Source of the DNA: Octopus vulgaris
Lineage: Eukaryota
Assembly (NCBI GenBank): GCA_951406725.2
Contig: OX597814.1
Span: forward strand, 210,056,001 to 210,120,000
Reading direction: 5' to 3'
Length of the DNA: 64,000 nt
Shown: in pieces, positions 40,776 through 53,700 of the stretch
Layout of the letters: each line of letters opens with the position of its first letter
Position numbering within the stretch: position 1 is the stretch's first letter
Position numbers and translations under genes: made by a program
The notes under the pieces: generated by a model
The model's database searches: none
Told to the model about the DNA's origin: nothing
The model's input: only the letters and a program-made list of their open reading frames with translations

Positions 40776-42979
40776 TATATATTATTTTGTTTTAAATTTT
40801 GAAAGTTGATCTAAATAGGATGTTATACACGATTAAATAAAAATAGATTAATTAATAAAATAACAGCAACAACAGCAGTTGTAACTGTATTAGCAGTACT
40901 GCATATTTTTTTTTAGCTTATGTAGTAATGTAGCAAGTACTATATTGTTAATAATAAAAAAAAAAAATAGATATGTAAAACAAAAGAAACAGAAAAATTC
41001 AAAACAATGCTATCATAGATAAGAATAAAGGAACAGAAAATCTACTGTTGTAACATTAGTGACAGAAACTAACAATAACATTAATATAATAAAACAAGAT
41101 TCTCTCAAACAAAAGAAGAGAAAACAAAAACCTATCGGTACATTTGTTGTTAATGTGAGTTTTATTTCTAATATTATTTTTATGTTTTCTTTCAGATGGT
41201 TTCCTAGTTGTGTGATTTTTTACTAATGTATTATTTGCTGCCATGCTGTGTTTGACAGACTGTCAGTAGCAGCGGTGGCCTTTTTTTTTGTTATTTTTTT
41301 GAGTTTTTGTAATGTATCGCTAATGTATTTTAACCCGCGTCTAATTTACTCCCACTGTGCATAGTTCTATGCTCTAGGACAGTATTACAGCTTAGCTTAC
41401 GCGACTTTGTTTTTTTTTTTTATTATTGCTATTGATTTCCTTATTGGTTATTCGTTTTTGTTCAAATCTTCATTTGTTATTTATTCATTGTTCATTTAGA
41501 CATATTTTAAACGCATTTTTAAATAGATGTCTATCTAGGCCTATGCTAATCTATGTGTGATGCGTATGTATGTGCATATATGTACGTATGTGTGCGTATG
41601 TGCGTGCTTTATGCAGCTACGTGTGCTGATATATGTGTAATTGTGGTATCTGTAAATATGTCTGTGCGATTACCTGCGTATGATTGAGTTGATTTCTATG
41701 GTCATATACACGCGCATGCCTACATAATACACTTTCAAATGTGTAACAAATATTCATAAATGCGAGTGTGTAAGTGCATTTGTATTGTGTATGTGTGTGT
41801 ATACACAAACTTACACACACACATACACTTACGTGTGCGCATAATGTTTGTTCTTATGTGAGCGCGTATGTTATTTTTATATATTCACGACTGTTACTTT
41901 TGAGATTAATATGATAATCATTGAACTGTTCCTTGAAACATGTATGCATGCCTACTAATGCGTTTGGCTCATTCCGTCCTATATACGTATGTCTTCGTAA
42001 CTATTCTGTGATCATGTACGGGTAGACATAGAGCAGCGTTTTTCTTCTTTTAATCGTAGTCAGTAAGAATGTCCAACAGATAAAGATTTTCAGCATCATT
42101 ATATGATTATGTAGGCCAAGGAATGATTTGTAATGTGAAGGTCTTTTGTATAATTGTGAAGTTCTTTTGCGCATTTGTGAAGGTCTTTTGCGCATCCGTT
42201 TCTTCATTTCGTTATCAGCGATCTATCTTCGCCTAATCACAAGAATTCCAAAGCCTTTAGAAATAGCAAACATTTTAGGCAACATTCTCCCTCACTATTA
42301 TTCTGCCAGTCTGGACAACAGGTGGTCAGAGATGCTACTAATGATTACCTTGTTTGGCGACTCGTGTCTGTGTGTATCAAAGCCTTACTATATTTTTCTG
42401 TCCATGCCCTGTTTGTAGTAAACTTGTATGTATATTTTATTCTACATTTGATTGTGATTCTTGTCCTGTTGTCAACGTATATAGATATAGTTGTCACTGA
42501 TTTTCCTCATCTATTTATTTGTTAGTATGGTTAATCCAATTTTGAATACATGAATTTAACACTAGGGACCGCTATAATATTAGAATCAGTTGTTCCATTA
42601 TATTTTGACGAAAACCAAAGGGATCTCCAATTTTGATCTACATAAAGCATCAGGAAAAGTAATTATATTTTAAATAGAAATATGTAAAAATAAAAAAAAA
42701 TGAGAAAGCTTTATTGAGAATATATAAGAGTTAACAGTTCTTTCTGTGTTTGAAGGCTATGTAAATATATAGAACAATATTATAAGATTTGTACTATGAA
42801 TAAAATATATATATATAGCTATTGTCTCACTTAGAACAGTGGATATTACAGTAATGTCAAGCTTGAGAATGTGGTAAAGGTATTGTATATCTTCATATTA
42901 TTTGGGAATTAAGAAGCTGCATAATTCTTTTGTGTTCAGCCATTAAAAAAATTATTATTCATAGAAATAACTATAATAA

Positions 42980-43108
42980 TCCTTTCTGCCAAAAAAAGGC
43001 TAAGCAATCTTCGGTGGAATTCGAACTCAGAATGTAGTGACAGGCGAAATACTGCTAAGTATTTTGTCAGCGTGCTAAAGTTTCTGCCAGCTCGCCTCCT
43101 TATTAGGT
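42980..43108 (-). mobile_element. Internally deleted SINE family B with a 13-bp target-site duplication
   Basis: Head aaggaggcgagctggcagaaac...gagttcgaattcc on minus; ATAACTATAATAA at 42967-42979 and 43109-43121. Confidence 0.8.
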
Positions 43109-43909
43109 ATAACTATAATAAAATGCAGTTATTTCTATGAACAATATGCTCAAATTTTACAGGAATTGAATCTTTGCATATACATATGTGGAACTTGATG
43201 GATTTAATGAGAACGAAAGACTCTCAACAGAATGATACTTTTGTTGAGAATGACTGTCAGTTATCTGTCCAACCACTTCGTAACATTGTAAAATGAAAAA
43301 ATGAAATATAACATGCATTGGAATGAGATATCTCATGGCAGCTGTAATGCATTTGATCATAAGTAAGGCTTTAAATGGGACTAAAAAAGACCAATAACGT
43401 CGCTAAAAGCGACATGTTCTTTGTAGAGATGCATGTATTAAACTATATGCCATACGGTCCTGCTGGTTTCTCTTACAGCATAGCTTAACATAATACGCCA
43501 TGCATACTAACTATAATTGAAAAAAAATTATCATTCACTATAACATTGATACCTAACTCTCTTATGTATCTACCAATCAATATACCTCCACATAAATATA
43601 CACACATATTTGCACAGATTCACATACAACACAAACACACACAAACATACAAACTCAGATGAGAAACACACACACACACGTACGATATATTTATGCATGT
43701 ATGCGTGTTATTGTATATGAATATATATGAATATTTCTCCAAAGCTATAGAGAATATAAAATAACGATCATCATAAATATGTTCTGGGATATTAAAATGC
43801 CATTCCTCCATGATTCTTGAGGTATAAAATACAACAGCGAAAGGATACAATGCTTCAACCTTTAACTCTAAATCAGATTCCTACTTATATATATATATTT
43901 TTTTATTTA

Positions 43910-44125
43910 TTTAAAGCAGCAGAAAATTCAACAAAACCTGTTACTCTGAGTTTCACGTTGCCGTTCGTCGGACAGTTTTTGCTAACTGTCCGATGAACGG
44001 CAACGTGAAACTCAGAGTAACAGGTTTTGTTAAATTTTCTGCTGCTTTAAACAAAGCATATTACTCTACTACTGGTATTTGAGTACTCTTTTTTCCATCT
44101 TGTTTCACATTTATGTGTTTACTCC

Positions 44126-44127
<2 letters not shown>
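43910..44127. mobile_element. Penelope-type terminal repeat with a 68-bp inverted duplication
   Basis: 43910-43977 and 43984-44051 are reverse complements (2 mismatches, 6-nt spacer); the right arm continues to about 44127. Confidence 0.85.
43986..44023 (+). ncRNA. Minimal type-I hammerhead motif, U4C core variant (mirror copy on minus at 43938-43975)
   Basis: CUGU-CCGAUGA-ACG(GCAA)CGU-GAAA-CUCAGAG-UA-ACAG: 4-bp helix I, GNRA-capped helix II, near-palindromic helix III, GUA site. Confidence 0.7.
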
Positions 44128-44212
<85 letters not shown>

Positions 44213-44594
44213 TCGTGTTTGCGTTTGTGTGTGTGTGTATGTATACACACACACATACCAGGAATATTGGTCGAGGCATAACTACTTTATATTCTAAAAG
44301 AAAGTGATAATGGAAGTTGTGATGATGTGAGGAATCATCAGAAATTAACTTTAGGCAAGTGAGTTAATTTCTGTGGCTCATATAATTGATATCACAATAT
44401 AATTCTCTTTTCTTTGTTTGGCAAATGTCTGTAGCAGGAATGTTTCTTATTGATACCAAATCAACAACGGGTTATACATACGAGATATTTGTAAATTTAA
44501 ATGAGGTTTTAAATTGTAAACACACACATTCACACACACACACACAAATTCTCTTACATATATTTTGTAATATATAAGATGCCTTATTGTAATA

Positions 44595-44752
44595 GATGCA
44601 GGCGTGGCTGTGTGGTAAGAAGGTTGCTTCCCAACCACATGGTTCAGCGTTCAGCGTGGCACGTTGAGCAAGTGCCTTCCACTATAGCCTCAGGCCGACC
44701 AAAGCCTCGTGAACGGATTTGGTAGTCTAAAACTGAAAGAAGCCCGTCGTAT
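44595..44752 (+). mobile_element. SINE family A head
   Basis: gcaggcgtggctgtgtggtaaga...ccaaccacatggttc...ctatagcctcaggccgaccaaagcc...aactgaaagaagcccgtcgtata; paralog of 63623. Confidence 0.85.
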
Positions 44753-44866
44753 ACACACACACACACACACACACATATATACACACACATATATATATAT
44801 ATATACACACACATATATATATATACACACATATATATATATATATACACACACACATACACACAC

Positions 44867-44909
<43 letters not shown>

Positions 44910-45042
44910 GACACACACACATATATATATATATAGTTAATCCCAAAAAAGAAAGCATAAAAAAACACAACAACGCGAGGACGTGGAACAAATATAGTAT
45001 TATTGGACGCTCAGGAAAGAAGGAATATATATACGTATATAT

Positions 45043-45344
45043 ATCACATCACGTGACCGACCAGACCATCAGATGTTGTTACACATCGCTGGTCACAATG
45101 CGTTCGCATTGTGTTAGCCTTCGAATGACGCCACCCCGCTGGCTAAGCGAGCAGGCCAACAGAAGAAAGATTGGGAGAAAGAGTGGCGAAAGAGAACAGC
45201 AGGGATCAACACCCCCTGCTGGAGCCTCGTGGAGCTTTTAGGTGTTTTCGCTCAATAAACACTCACAACGCCCGGTCTGGGAATCGAAATCGCGATCCTG
45301 CGACCGCGAGTCCGCTGCCCTAACCACTAGGCCATTGCGCCTCC
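45043..45344 (-). mobile_element. tRNA-derived SINE family C, tail type 3
   Basis: Head near-identical to 15801; tail acaatgcgaacgcattgtgaccagcgatgtgtaacaacatctgatggtctggtcggtcacgtgat. Confidence 0.85.
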
Positions 45345-45346
45345 AC

Positions 45347-45509
<163 letters not shown>

Positions 45510-45869
45510 TATATATGCTAAAACGAAAAAATGATTTCACCATTCCATTTCTGTCTGCATTAGCAACAGTTTTAGCTGAGCAATAATACTTTGTTGGGTA
45601 TATAAAATTGTAACTCCATGCATGTATGATATTTTCAGTTACAAATATTTTCGAAAAACTGTCGTATGTGGACTTATTACACTTTTGAAAAATGCTAAAG
45701 CGTTGTGCAACAATTTTCATCCGAAGCTGGAGATACGCTACTTTGGACAAAAAAACTGGTTATTACCAGCAAAATAAAATACTGAAAATAACAAAAAAAC
45801 ACCCAAAAAATGACAAAAATACGCTTTTGGCCATATTTGGACATATGATAGTTTAATATAATAGTAATA

Positions 45870-45927
<58 letters not shown>

Positions 45928-45994
45928 GTATAAATTAGAGAAGAACCACCTTTTATCAATTCAACAGGGAAATAACAATGATATAATTATCATT

Positions 45995-46060
<66 letters not shown>

Positions 46061-46142
46061 AATATATTAATATGTATTTTGTGAAATTTGATTGAGCAAT
46101 ACTAAATTGATTTTTTCCTTTTAAGTTTGGAATAATATTGCC

Positions 46143-46297
<155 letters not shown>

Positions 46298-46595
46298 GAG
46301 ACCGAATACGCGAATACGTCTAATACTTGAGTATAAGGACAAAAATCAAAATATATAACTTAGATTATAAATATAAGCATACATATGGGGCAACACCAAA
46401 TGGCGGTGCCCCAGCATGGCCACAGCTCATAAGTTGAAACTAGAATCAATCAATCAATCAATCAATCATATCTTCGAAAGAACGGACGTAATTTCGTACG
46501 CAATGCAATGCTTAGTCACATTTACAAATCTTGTAATAGTTTCCCCTGTCTTCCCATCTTAATTTCTATATTTGTATTCCAATACATTTCCTCTG

Positions 46596-46636
<41 letters not shown>

Positions 46637-46871
46637 ATGTATTTATATCTGTATTACGTATTTATGTATGTATATATGTCTACATGAATATATATCAACT
46701 TATACCTACATGCGTGTATGCATATATATGTGTGTGTGTGATTACATGATTTTATGTTTATAGATATACCTACGTATAGATAATTACATGTGTGTAGATC
46801 AATATTTGTGCTTGAATACAATTACATATGTATGAAATACGCAAACCCACATGCGTATATATGTATCTGTG

Positions 46872-46930
<59 letters not shown>

Positions 46931-46944
46931 ATATATATACATAC

Positions 46945-46991
<47 letters not shown>

Positions 46992-48221
46992 TATATATGT
47001 GTAATATACATATACACATACATACACATATCAATGTGTGTGTGTGTGTAGATATTCTTATGTATTTTTCCTAAACACGTAGATATACACCAATAGTTAA
47101 ACCCATATACATAACACTCACACACAACATACTAACTAGAAACTTATGCAAAAAATATCTGAACAGGCATTCTCCAATATGAATGTTTCTTATTTATGTT
47201 ATTCGTATCTTCCATTTATATTATGCATTTACCTGTTTTTTTCTCTTTATACACCGTCTCTAAAAGACAGAAGACATTTTGGTTCGCTAATAATAAGAGT
47301 TTCTGAAACGTTCTTTGAATTGGTTGCCATTTGGAAAACCAATCTTCTATCGTATTCTGTCTAATTGGATATCATCGTTTCTAATATTTTCTTTCATCCT
47401 TTATTACATATCAGTCCATTCACCATACTACTCATAACAATGTTGCCACCGCATTTAACTGCTGCCTTGCACCACCACCACCAACACTACAGCAGTAACT
47501 GCAATAGCACCAACAATAAATACAACAACAACAACAACAGCAACAACAACAACCTACTACTGACATTTGCACTTTATGTAAGCATTAGTCGAGGTCGATA
47601 TTCTGCATTTAGTTATTTCCCTTCTTAATTATTTTTTCTTTTCATTTTAAATATTTTTACTCTGAATTTGTTTTGTTGCTATTTGTATTGCGTTTTCGCT
47701 GATGATGATATTAAGATTTTTCTTTTTTTCTTTTAAACTATGCTATTCATCTTTACATTGTAACTTGTTCCTTTTTCCAACTTTTTTTTTTCTACTACGG
47801 TTGTGTAAGTGTATGGAAGATGGGTTGCCCGAGTTTAAAGTCTAATCAAGAAATCACAAATCAACAACGATTGTTTTGATCTTTTTTCTTCTTCTTCGAG
47901 ATATATCCTGAGAGATACATCAAAATTGTTCTGCCAACCGACGAATCTTTTCATAAGCCATTACAAAGCTAAAGTGATGCCTTGTATTGATTCTATTATG
48001 ACTATGTAGTAGTATCAGAGAAATAAGAAATATAGGAATAATAAAACAACCGCAAAATAAAACACAAACCAGATATACAGAAATATACAATTCCATTGAC
48101 TATAGAATATATGAATTTGTACATATGTATAGGTTTATATAAATATGTATTCGTATCTGTGCATGTAATGTACGAATGTAGATGTACACTGTGTGTATGT
48201 ATATATATATATATATATATA

Positions 48222-48470
48222 ATAAATATTAGGGAATAAATCCAAATTTACAGGGACAAAAATCAGATTTAGGATTAAATCCAATTTTATAGTAAAATAT
48301 TATATAATATTAATTAGAGACAAAACCACTATTTTGCAAAACAAACAAGGAAAGACTTAATCAATACATAAAATTTTAATAAAAAGTCAAAAAAACCGCC
48401 ACTACAATTGTTTCTTGTCCTGATCGACAATCTTCAGGTGGACTTCAAATTTTCAAGTCAGTTTCAAATT
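48222..48470 (-). mobile_element. Penelope-type terminal-repeat fragment between TA tracts
   Basis: Contains the intact hammerhead listed next, followed on minus by a T-rich tail; bounded by TA microsatellites. Confidence 0.6.
48399..48441 (-). ncRNA. Intact minimal type-I hammerhead ribozyme
   Basis: Minus strand CCAC-CUGAAGA-UUGUC(GAUCAG)GACAA-GAAA-CAAUUG-UA-GUGG: all conserved core nucleotides present, perfect helices I and II, palindromic helix III ACAAUUGU, GUA site. Confidence 0.85.
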
Positions 48471-48553
48471 ATGTAATATATATATATGTGTAATATATGT
48501 AATATATATATGTGTAATATATATATATATATATATTTATATACATGTGTGTG

Positions 48554-48592
<39 letters not shown>

Positions 48593-48896
48593 TTGTGTAG
48601 GACGTATAGCTTTCAAAACTGTGGAATTTTAATCATAATACCTTCGGTAACTGGGTTCAAATATCACTCGTAATAATGATTTTGATGTTTGTTTTTTTAT
48701 CACCTACAAAACGAATTAATAATTACCAATAATGTCCAAGATAATCTAATTTCATAATTACCCACCTTAGACCTGCATTAACGAAATATATTCAAAGGCA
48801 CTCAATTAGTTGAGTGGAAAAAGATAATCTATATATAACTCTAATTCATACAGTAGTATTCGTATATCTAACTGTAGACACAGTACATACACACAC

Positions 48897-48940
<44 letters not shown>

Positions 48941-49337
48941 GGTGTATGATCGAATGGTTGAGAAGTTCGGTTCGTAATCAAGACGTTCCGATCAGGATAC
49001 TAATCGTGTATTTTTGGGTTCTAAGTCGTTGGAATTTTATCTGTTATTTAGAGGGTCAACCTTGTCACATGCGGATTCTTCCTGAGAAGTTTGTTAAATC
49101 TCAGCAAGACAATGGAATACTGAACAATTTCAGGTGTTTATTTAGTGAATGGAAAATTCATCTATTGAAATACATGAATACTCATGTTGAAATCGACAAA
49201 GCATATATTTGTTTATGTATACATGCGTGCACCCCACACAGAAACTTACACACACTTACATAGGAACATACACTTACACACACCTACTCATGGACACATA
49301 CGTACATACATATACAAATGTTTAAGTACATATGTAT

Positions 49338-49396
<59 letters not shown>

Positions 49397-49443
49397 CATA
49401 TTTATATGTATATACGTATTATGTTTGTGTGCATATATATATA

Positions 49444-49584
49444 GGTGAGCCGTCAACAGAAAAAAGGAGGCTTTCCTGTACGCATGTAACTCGAACCCAC
49501 ACACTTAGTCGCATTAACAAAGATATATGTATACGAATCCCGCGAGTACGGGAAAGCCTATTTTTTTCCTGTGGAGGGCTTACC
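49444..49584. mobile_element. 141-bp MITE-like element with about 40-bp imperfect TIRs
   Basis: ggtgagccgtcaacagaaaaaaggaggctttcctgtac and gtacgggaaagcctatttttttcctgtggagggcttacc; flanked by TA repeats. Confidence 0.6.
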
Positions 49585-49743
49585 GATATATATATGCCCA
49601 TTTATTATACTATTTTCCTTTGTCATTTGTACGGTGGTCGCTATAAGCTTTAATTTTGAAAAAATACCATTATTATTATTATTATACATAATTGTAAAAC
49701 TCGGCAACGCTTAACATAACCATTCTCACCATATCTATCTCAC

Positions 49744-49800
<57 letters not shown>

Positions 49801-49803
49801 ATC

Positions 49804-49844
<41 letters not shown>

Positions 49845-49853
49845 ATATCTATG

Positions 49854-49926
<73 letters not shown>

Positions 49927-50378
49927 ATGTGTATATATATATATATATTTCAATTTACATATACAGCTGAAAATTCAAGCAATTGTGATAATTGAACAGG
50001 CATATTTATAAAAGACACCATGTATCTTAAAGCAATCGTTCATACTCTGTTTCTGATTTATAAAGTTGCCCAAACTGTACAATGACGGATAGAAAATGTT
50101 TTTTTTTTTTTTTTTTATATGAATGTATAATTTCTGAACTGCGATTCAACGAAGATGACGCCGAGAAAATCATCAGTGCTTTTGAAAATGGTGCCGCACA
50201 TGATTGCCATTGAATTACCAGCAGCAGTATAGAACTGAATTATAATATACGCACTCACTCATATACCTCATAATACATACTAGATACATACACGCAATCA
50301 CACACACACACATATATATCTATATGTATATATGTACATGTACATGTACATATGTGTATGTGTGTGTATGTGTGTTTG

Positions 50379-50419
<41 letters not shown>

Positions 50420-50422
<3 letters not shown>

Positions 50423-50844
50423 GCACAACTTCATAAGCCAGCCCCATGCTCAATTCGTCCTGTCGAAAGACCCTTGTCCTACGTCCTGGTTTTGTTTTGT
50501 TGTTTATTTTTTATACTTTATTTTTACCGTTATTGTTTTTACGTTTTTGTATTCTTATTGTTGTCACGTATTCTGTATTTTTGTTCGTGTACTTTGTTCG
50601 TTTTCCGTCCTCGTGTTGTATACATTCGAAGCTTTCTTCCAGGGGATCTAATGCCCTTGGCTTAGATTTCCCGTGGCGGGCTGCCCATATCGGAGCAATC
50701 TCAAGATTAATCAGCCGAAATTGCTAAGATGATCTGGTTCTTGACTGATGACTGAGGGCTTCGAATGTCCCGTCCTGTGGTTCTTGTGTCGTCTCTGTGG
50801 CGTTTCATGTTCTTGTCCATGTCTGTAATTATTTTTACTGTTTA

Positions 50845-50846
<2 letters not shown>
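50420..50846 (+). mobile_element. Interspersed repeat, probably a retroelement terminal region, carrying a structured RNA
   Basis: T-rich flanks between TA tracts; an 11-bp stem (50622-50632/50758-50768) encloses a hairpin and the permuted hammerhead. Confidence 0.55.
50685..50755 (+). ncRNA. Candidate non-circularly permuted hammerhead ribozyme
   Basis: AGCAA-UC-UCAAGA...UCAG-CC-GAAA-UUGCU...UCUUGA-CUGAUGA-CUGA: helix III AGCAA/UUGCU, helix I UCAAGA/UCUUGA, helix II UCAG/CUGA. Confidence 0.7.
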
Positions 50847-50886
<40 letters not shown>

Positions 50887-51521
50887 TATATATATATGTA
50901 TAAAATTTATTAACAAAGCTGCAAAGGCATCACAAAAAAAATCTGTGACTCAGATAAAAATGAAAGAGAAAGATAGATGCGTTGCTGTTGCGTGTATGTA
51001 AGCCTGTCTGTTTATGTGTGCAGTTTGATATGAGTGCGTTTGCAAGCTTACTGAAGTATCTAACATTTTACTTTTTAGGAACGCCAACTTCCAAATCATT
51101 TCTTACTCTCTATCTCTCTCTCTCTCTGTATGTATGTAGTTTTCTCTTTTTCTTTTTTCTTCTCTTCCATCACTGTCTTCTTGTTTCTTTCTCCCACCTT
51201 TGAATCTCTGGTTTACTTTTCGTTTTCTTTGTTTAGCTTGTAACAACTAAGTTGTATATTTGAAATACACACGAAGTATTACACTATGTAACAAATTTTA
51301 GACTTTTGTTTCTCTTTGGTCATTAAGTGTTATTTCCTGGTTGCTTTGGTCTAGAAAGCAAAGGATATTATTATTAGTCCCTTCAAACTTTGGTTCTGTG
51401 GCCAGAGCATTGATGTTTTAAAGATAATGTTTATATATATATTGTAACCTGAATTAATGTTTTTAAAGTAATAATACTACTTAATGTGCGTTTTTGTGTA
51501 CGTATAAATATATATATACAT

Positions 51522-51586
<65 letters not shown>

Positions 51587-51779
51587 TAAGACACAGAGTT
51601 GAAATGCGTTTGGACAACAAATCAGCATGTAAAGATATCTCTATATTTATCTCTAGAACATTCTGGCAACACTGAATACTCTATAAATAAAAGGATTCAG
51701 GAAACAGACTCGTTAGTTCAGTCTACTTCTTGTTGTCAAAGTGGACACACAACGTTATTGATAGCTGCATTCGTTACAA

Positions 51780-52455
51780 ATGGCATCAAGAGGTTGTAAG
51801 CATCCGGTTGATGGATTTTGTTATATTTGCTGTGAATTTATCAAGAGAAGATAAAAAAAAGTACTCTGTAACAACACCTGCTAAAATGTGAGGCCTACAA
51901 GGCAAATTTCATCATGCCTGTCAGGATCAGCGTAAACCCTGGGCGCCTCTCTTCACCTACGAACTCTGCAAAAGAACTCTAGAATGTATGACGGAAAATT
52001 TTACCTATTTGGATAGTGGAACTTTTTAGTGTAAAAATTTTGAATTTTCTTCTATTTGTTACCTCTTTGTTAACCAGTGTTATAGAAAATATATATGCTG
52101 TAATTAATGAAAATATAATATACAAAATCAAGTATCATACAATATCTAATGTAACTACATGTGTAATTGTAAATATTTCTTTATGGGTGGAAGATGAAGA
52201 ATGATTAGGAACGCAAGTGTAATATAATTGCATTTTTATACTCATATTTTTTATTTTGCTCTTTTGCAGGATGGTACAGAGGAGAGAAAAGAGCCATGAA
52301 ATTCGCAATCCAACGAATTTGGAGAGAACCAGCTGACCACGTAGACAGCTGCTTATTCTGCATGACTGATACTTCCGAAGAGAGAAACACACCAGAAGAC
52401 ATTGAAATCGTTGATCCAGATTTCAGAGGTGCAGTTAAAGAGAGAAACCCATACT
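51780..52455 (+). mobile_element. Sola2-like transposase 5' remnant with a spliceosomal intron (51986-52269)
   Basis: Exon 1 MASRGCKHPVDGFCYICCEFIKRR...AYKA...DQRKPWAP...CKRTLE, then GT...ttttgcAG, then exon 2 WYRGEKRAMKFAIQRIWREPADHVDSCLFCM (WREPxDHxxxCYFC motif). Confidence 0.75.
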
Positions 52456-52744
52456 CCTCCATACACACACATACATACACACACACGCACACAAATACAC
52501 ACACATCGATATATGTTATTACGGGTGAGGCAGTAGTCTTAAAGTTTCAGATTATTATATAACAAAAAATATGTGTGCTGGACATTAACAATTGTGTATA
52601 GTCTTCACTAGACAGGTTGTTTTTCAAGGACTTCAGGTAGCGTGTTTTCTAAGAATGATTTTCTTTAGTTAGGTAAAGTATGGAAATCTACCAGGAAAAC
52701 GGATCACTGAATAGGCTTCGGCGAAAGGAGCATGGAAATCATCA

Positions 52745-52973
52745 TTAACCACTTAGCATTTAAACCGGCCATGTCTGACCAAAATATTATGCCACTTTTA
52801 TGATCAAACTGACAAAATCCTAAATGTCACACCTACTTTACAATGTCACTCAAAAAATAAACAATCGCACTATAACAATGTTGAAGCTGTGAGACAATGC
52901 ATGATTAATTCAAAACATTGTAAATAAATAAACATTTCATTTGACAGAAAAATCGTAATTCTAAATGGTATAA
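52745..52973. mobile_element. piggyBac-type MITE (decayed)
   Basis: TTAA|CCACTTAGCATT ... AATTCTAAATGG|TATAA: imperfect TIRs with TTAA-like flanks. Confidence 0.55.
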
Positions 52974-53034
52974 ATGATTAAAATAGATTGAAGAAATATA
53001 TCTCACTCGAAATAAGTTAGGTAGTATCAACCAA

Positions 53035-53700
53035 GGATTCTTCCTTTTCGTCTTCGGCCCAGTGCGTCCATGCTGCCAACAAAGCACGCGGAGTTCTGTT
53101 TTTGATTCGACGGTCATTCGGAATGCTCACAGCAGCCATATTCCTACCGCTCTATGTCACACTGGTGAGACCCATATTGGAGTACGGGATTCAAGCCTCT
53201 TCTCCTTATCTCCTCAAAGACATACAGCATCTCGAAAGAGTCCAGAAGCTGGCTACCCGCATAGTTCTTGGTCTCAAGCATTTGTCTTATGAAGAAAGGC
53301 TGAAGACGCTCGACCTTTATTCTCTAGAAAAACGACGACGCCGTGGTGATCTCATTCTTGCTCACAACATCATAAGCGGAAAGTGTAACCTCTCGAAAGA
53401 GCTGTTCTTCACTCCTGCTCCAGAGCGTCGGCTGCGGGGTCACTCCGAAAAGCTCTATCTGCGACGATTTCATCTCAATCGAAGGAGAGGGGCTTTCTCC
53501 GTTTGGGTTGCGGATCCGTGGAATAAGCAGCCGGACGAGATAGTGAAGATGCCGACGACCGCTCGGTACAAAGTCTCCCTTGACCACGAATGGCCTGAAC
53601 TCTTTGCATGAACACCCTCGCTGTACATAACTCCATGTCCCCCTACATGGCCTAGCTTTTTTGCTTTTTGAGCCAAAAAATTAACTTAACTTAACTTAAC
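53035..53700 (+). mobile_element. CR1-clade LINE 3' end (5'-truncated, relatively young)
   Basis: Open frame LYVTLVRPILEYG...LERVQKLATR...LSYEERLKTLDLYSLEKRRRRGDLI...RGHSEKL...WN ending at the stop at 53611; short 3' UTR and (TTAAC)n tail. Confidence 0.93.

Noticed and set aside
50690-50745. HDV-like, twister or group I intron reading of the pseudoknot
   Set aside because: It lacks their conserved loop and junction nucleotides, whereas all hammerhead core segments map with correct adjacent pairings.
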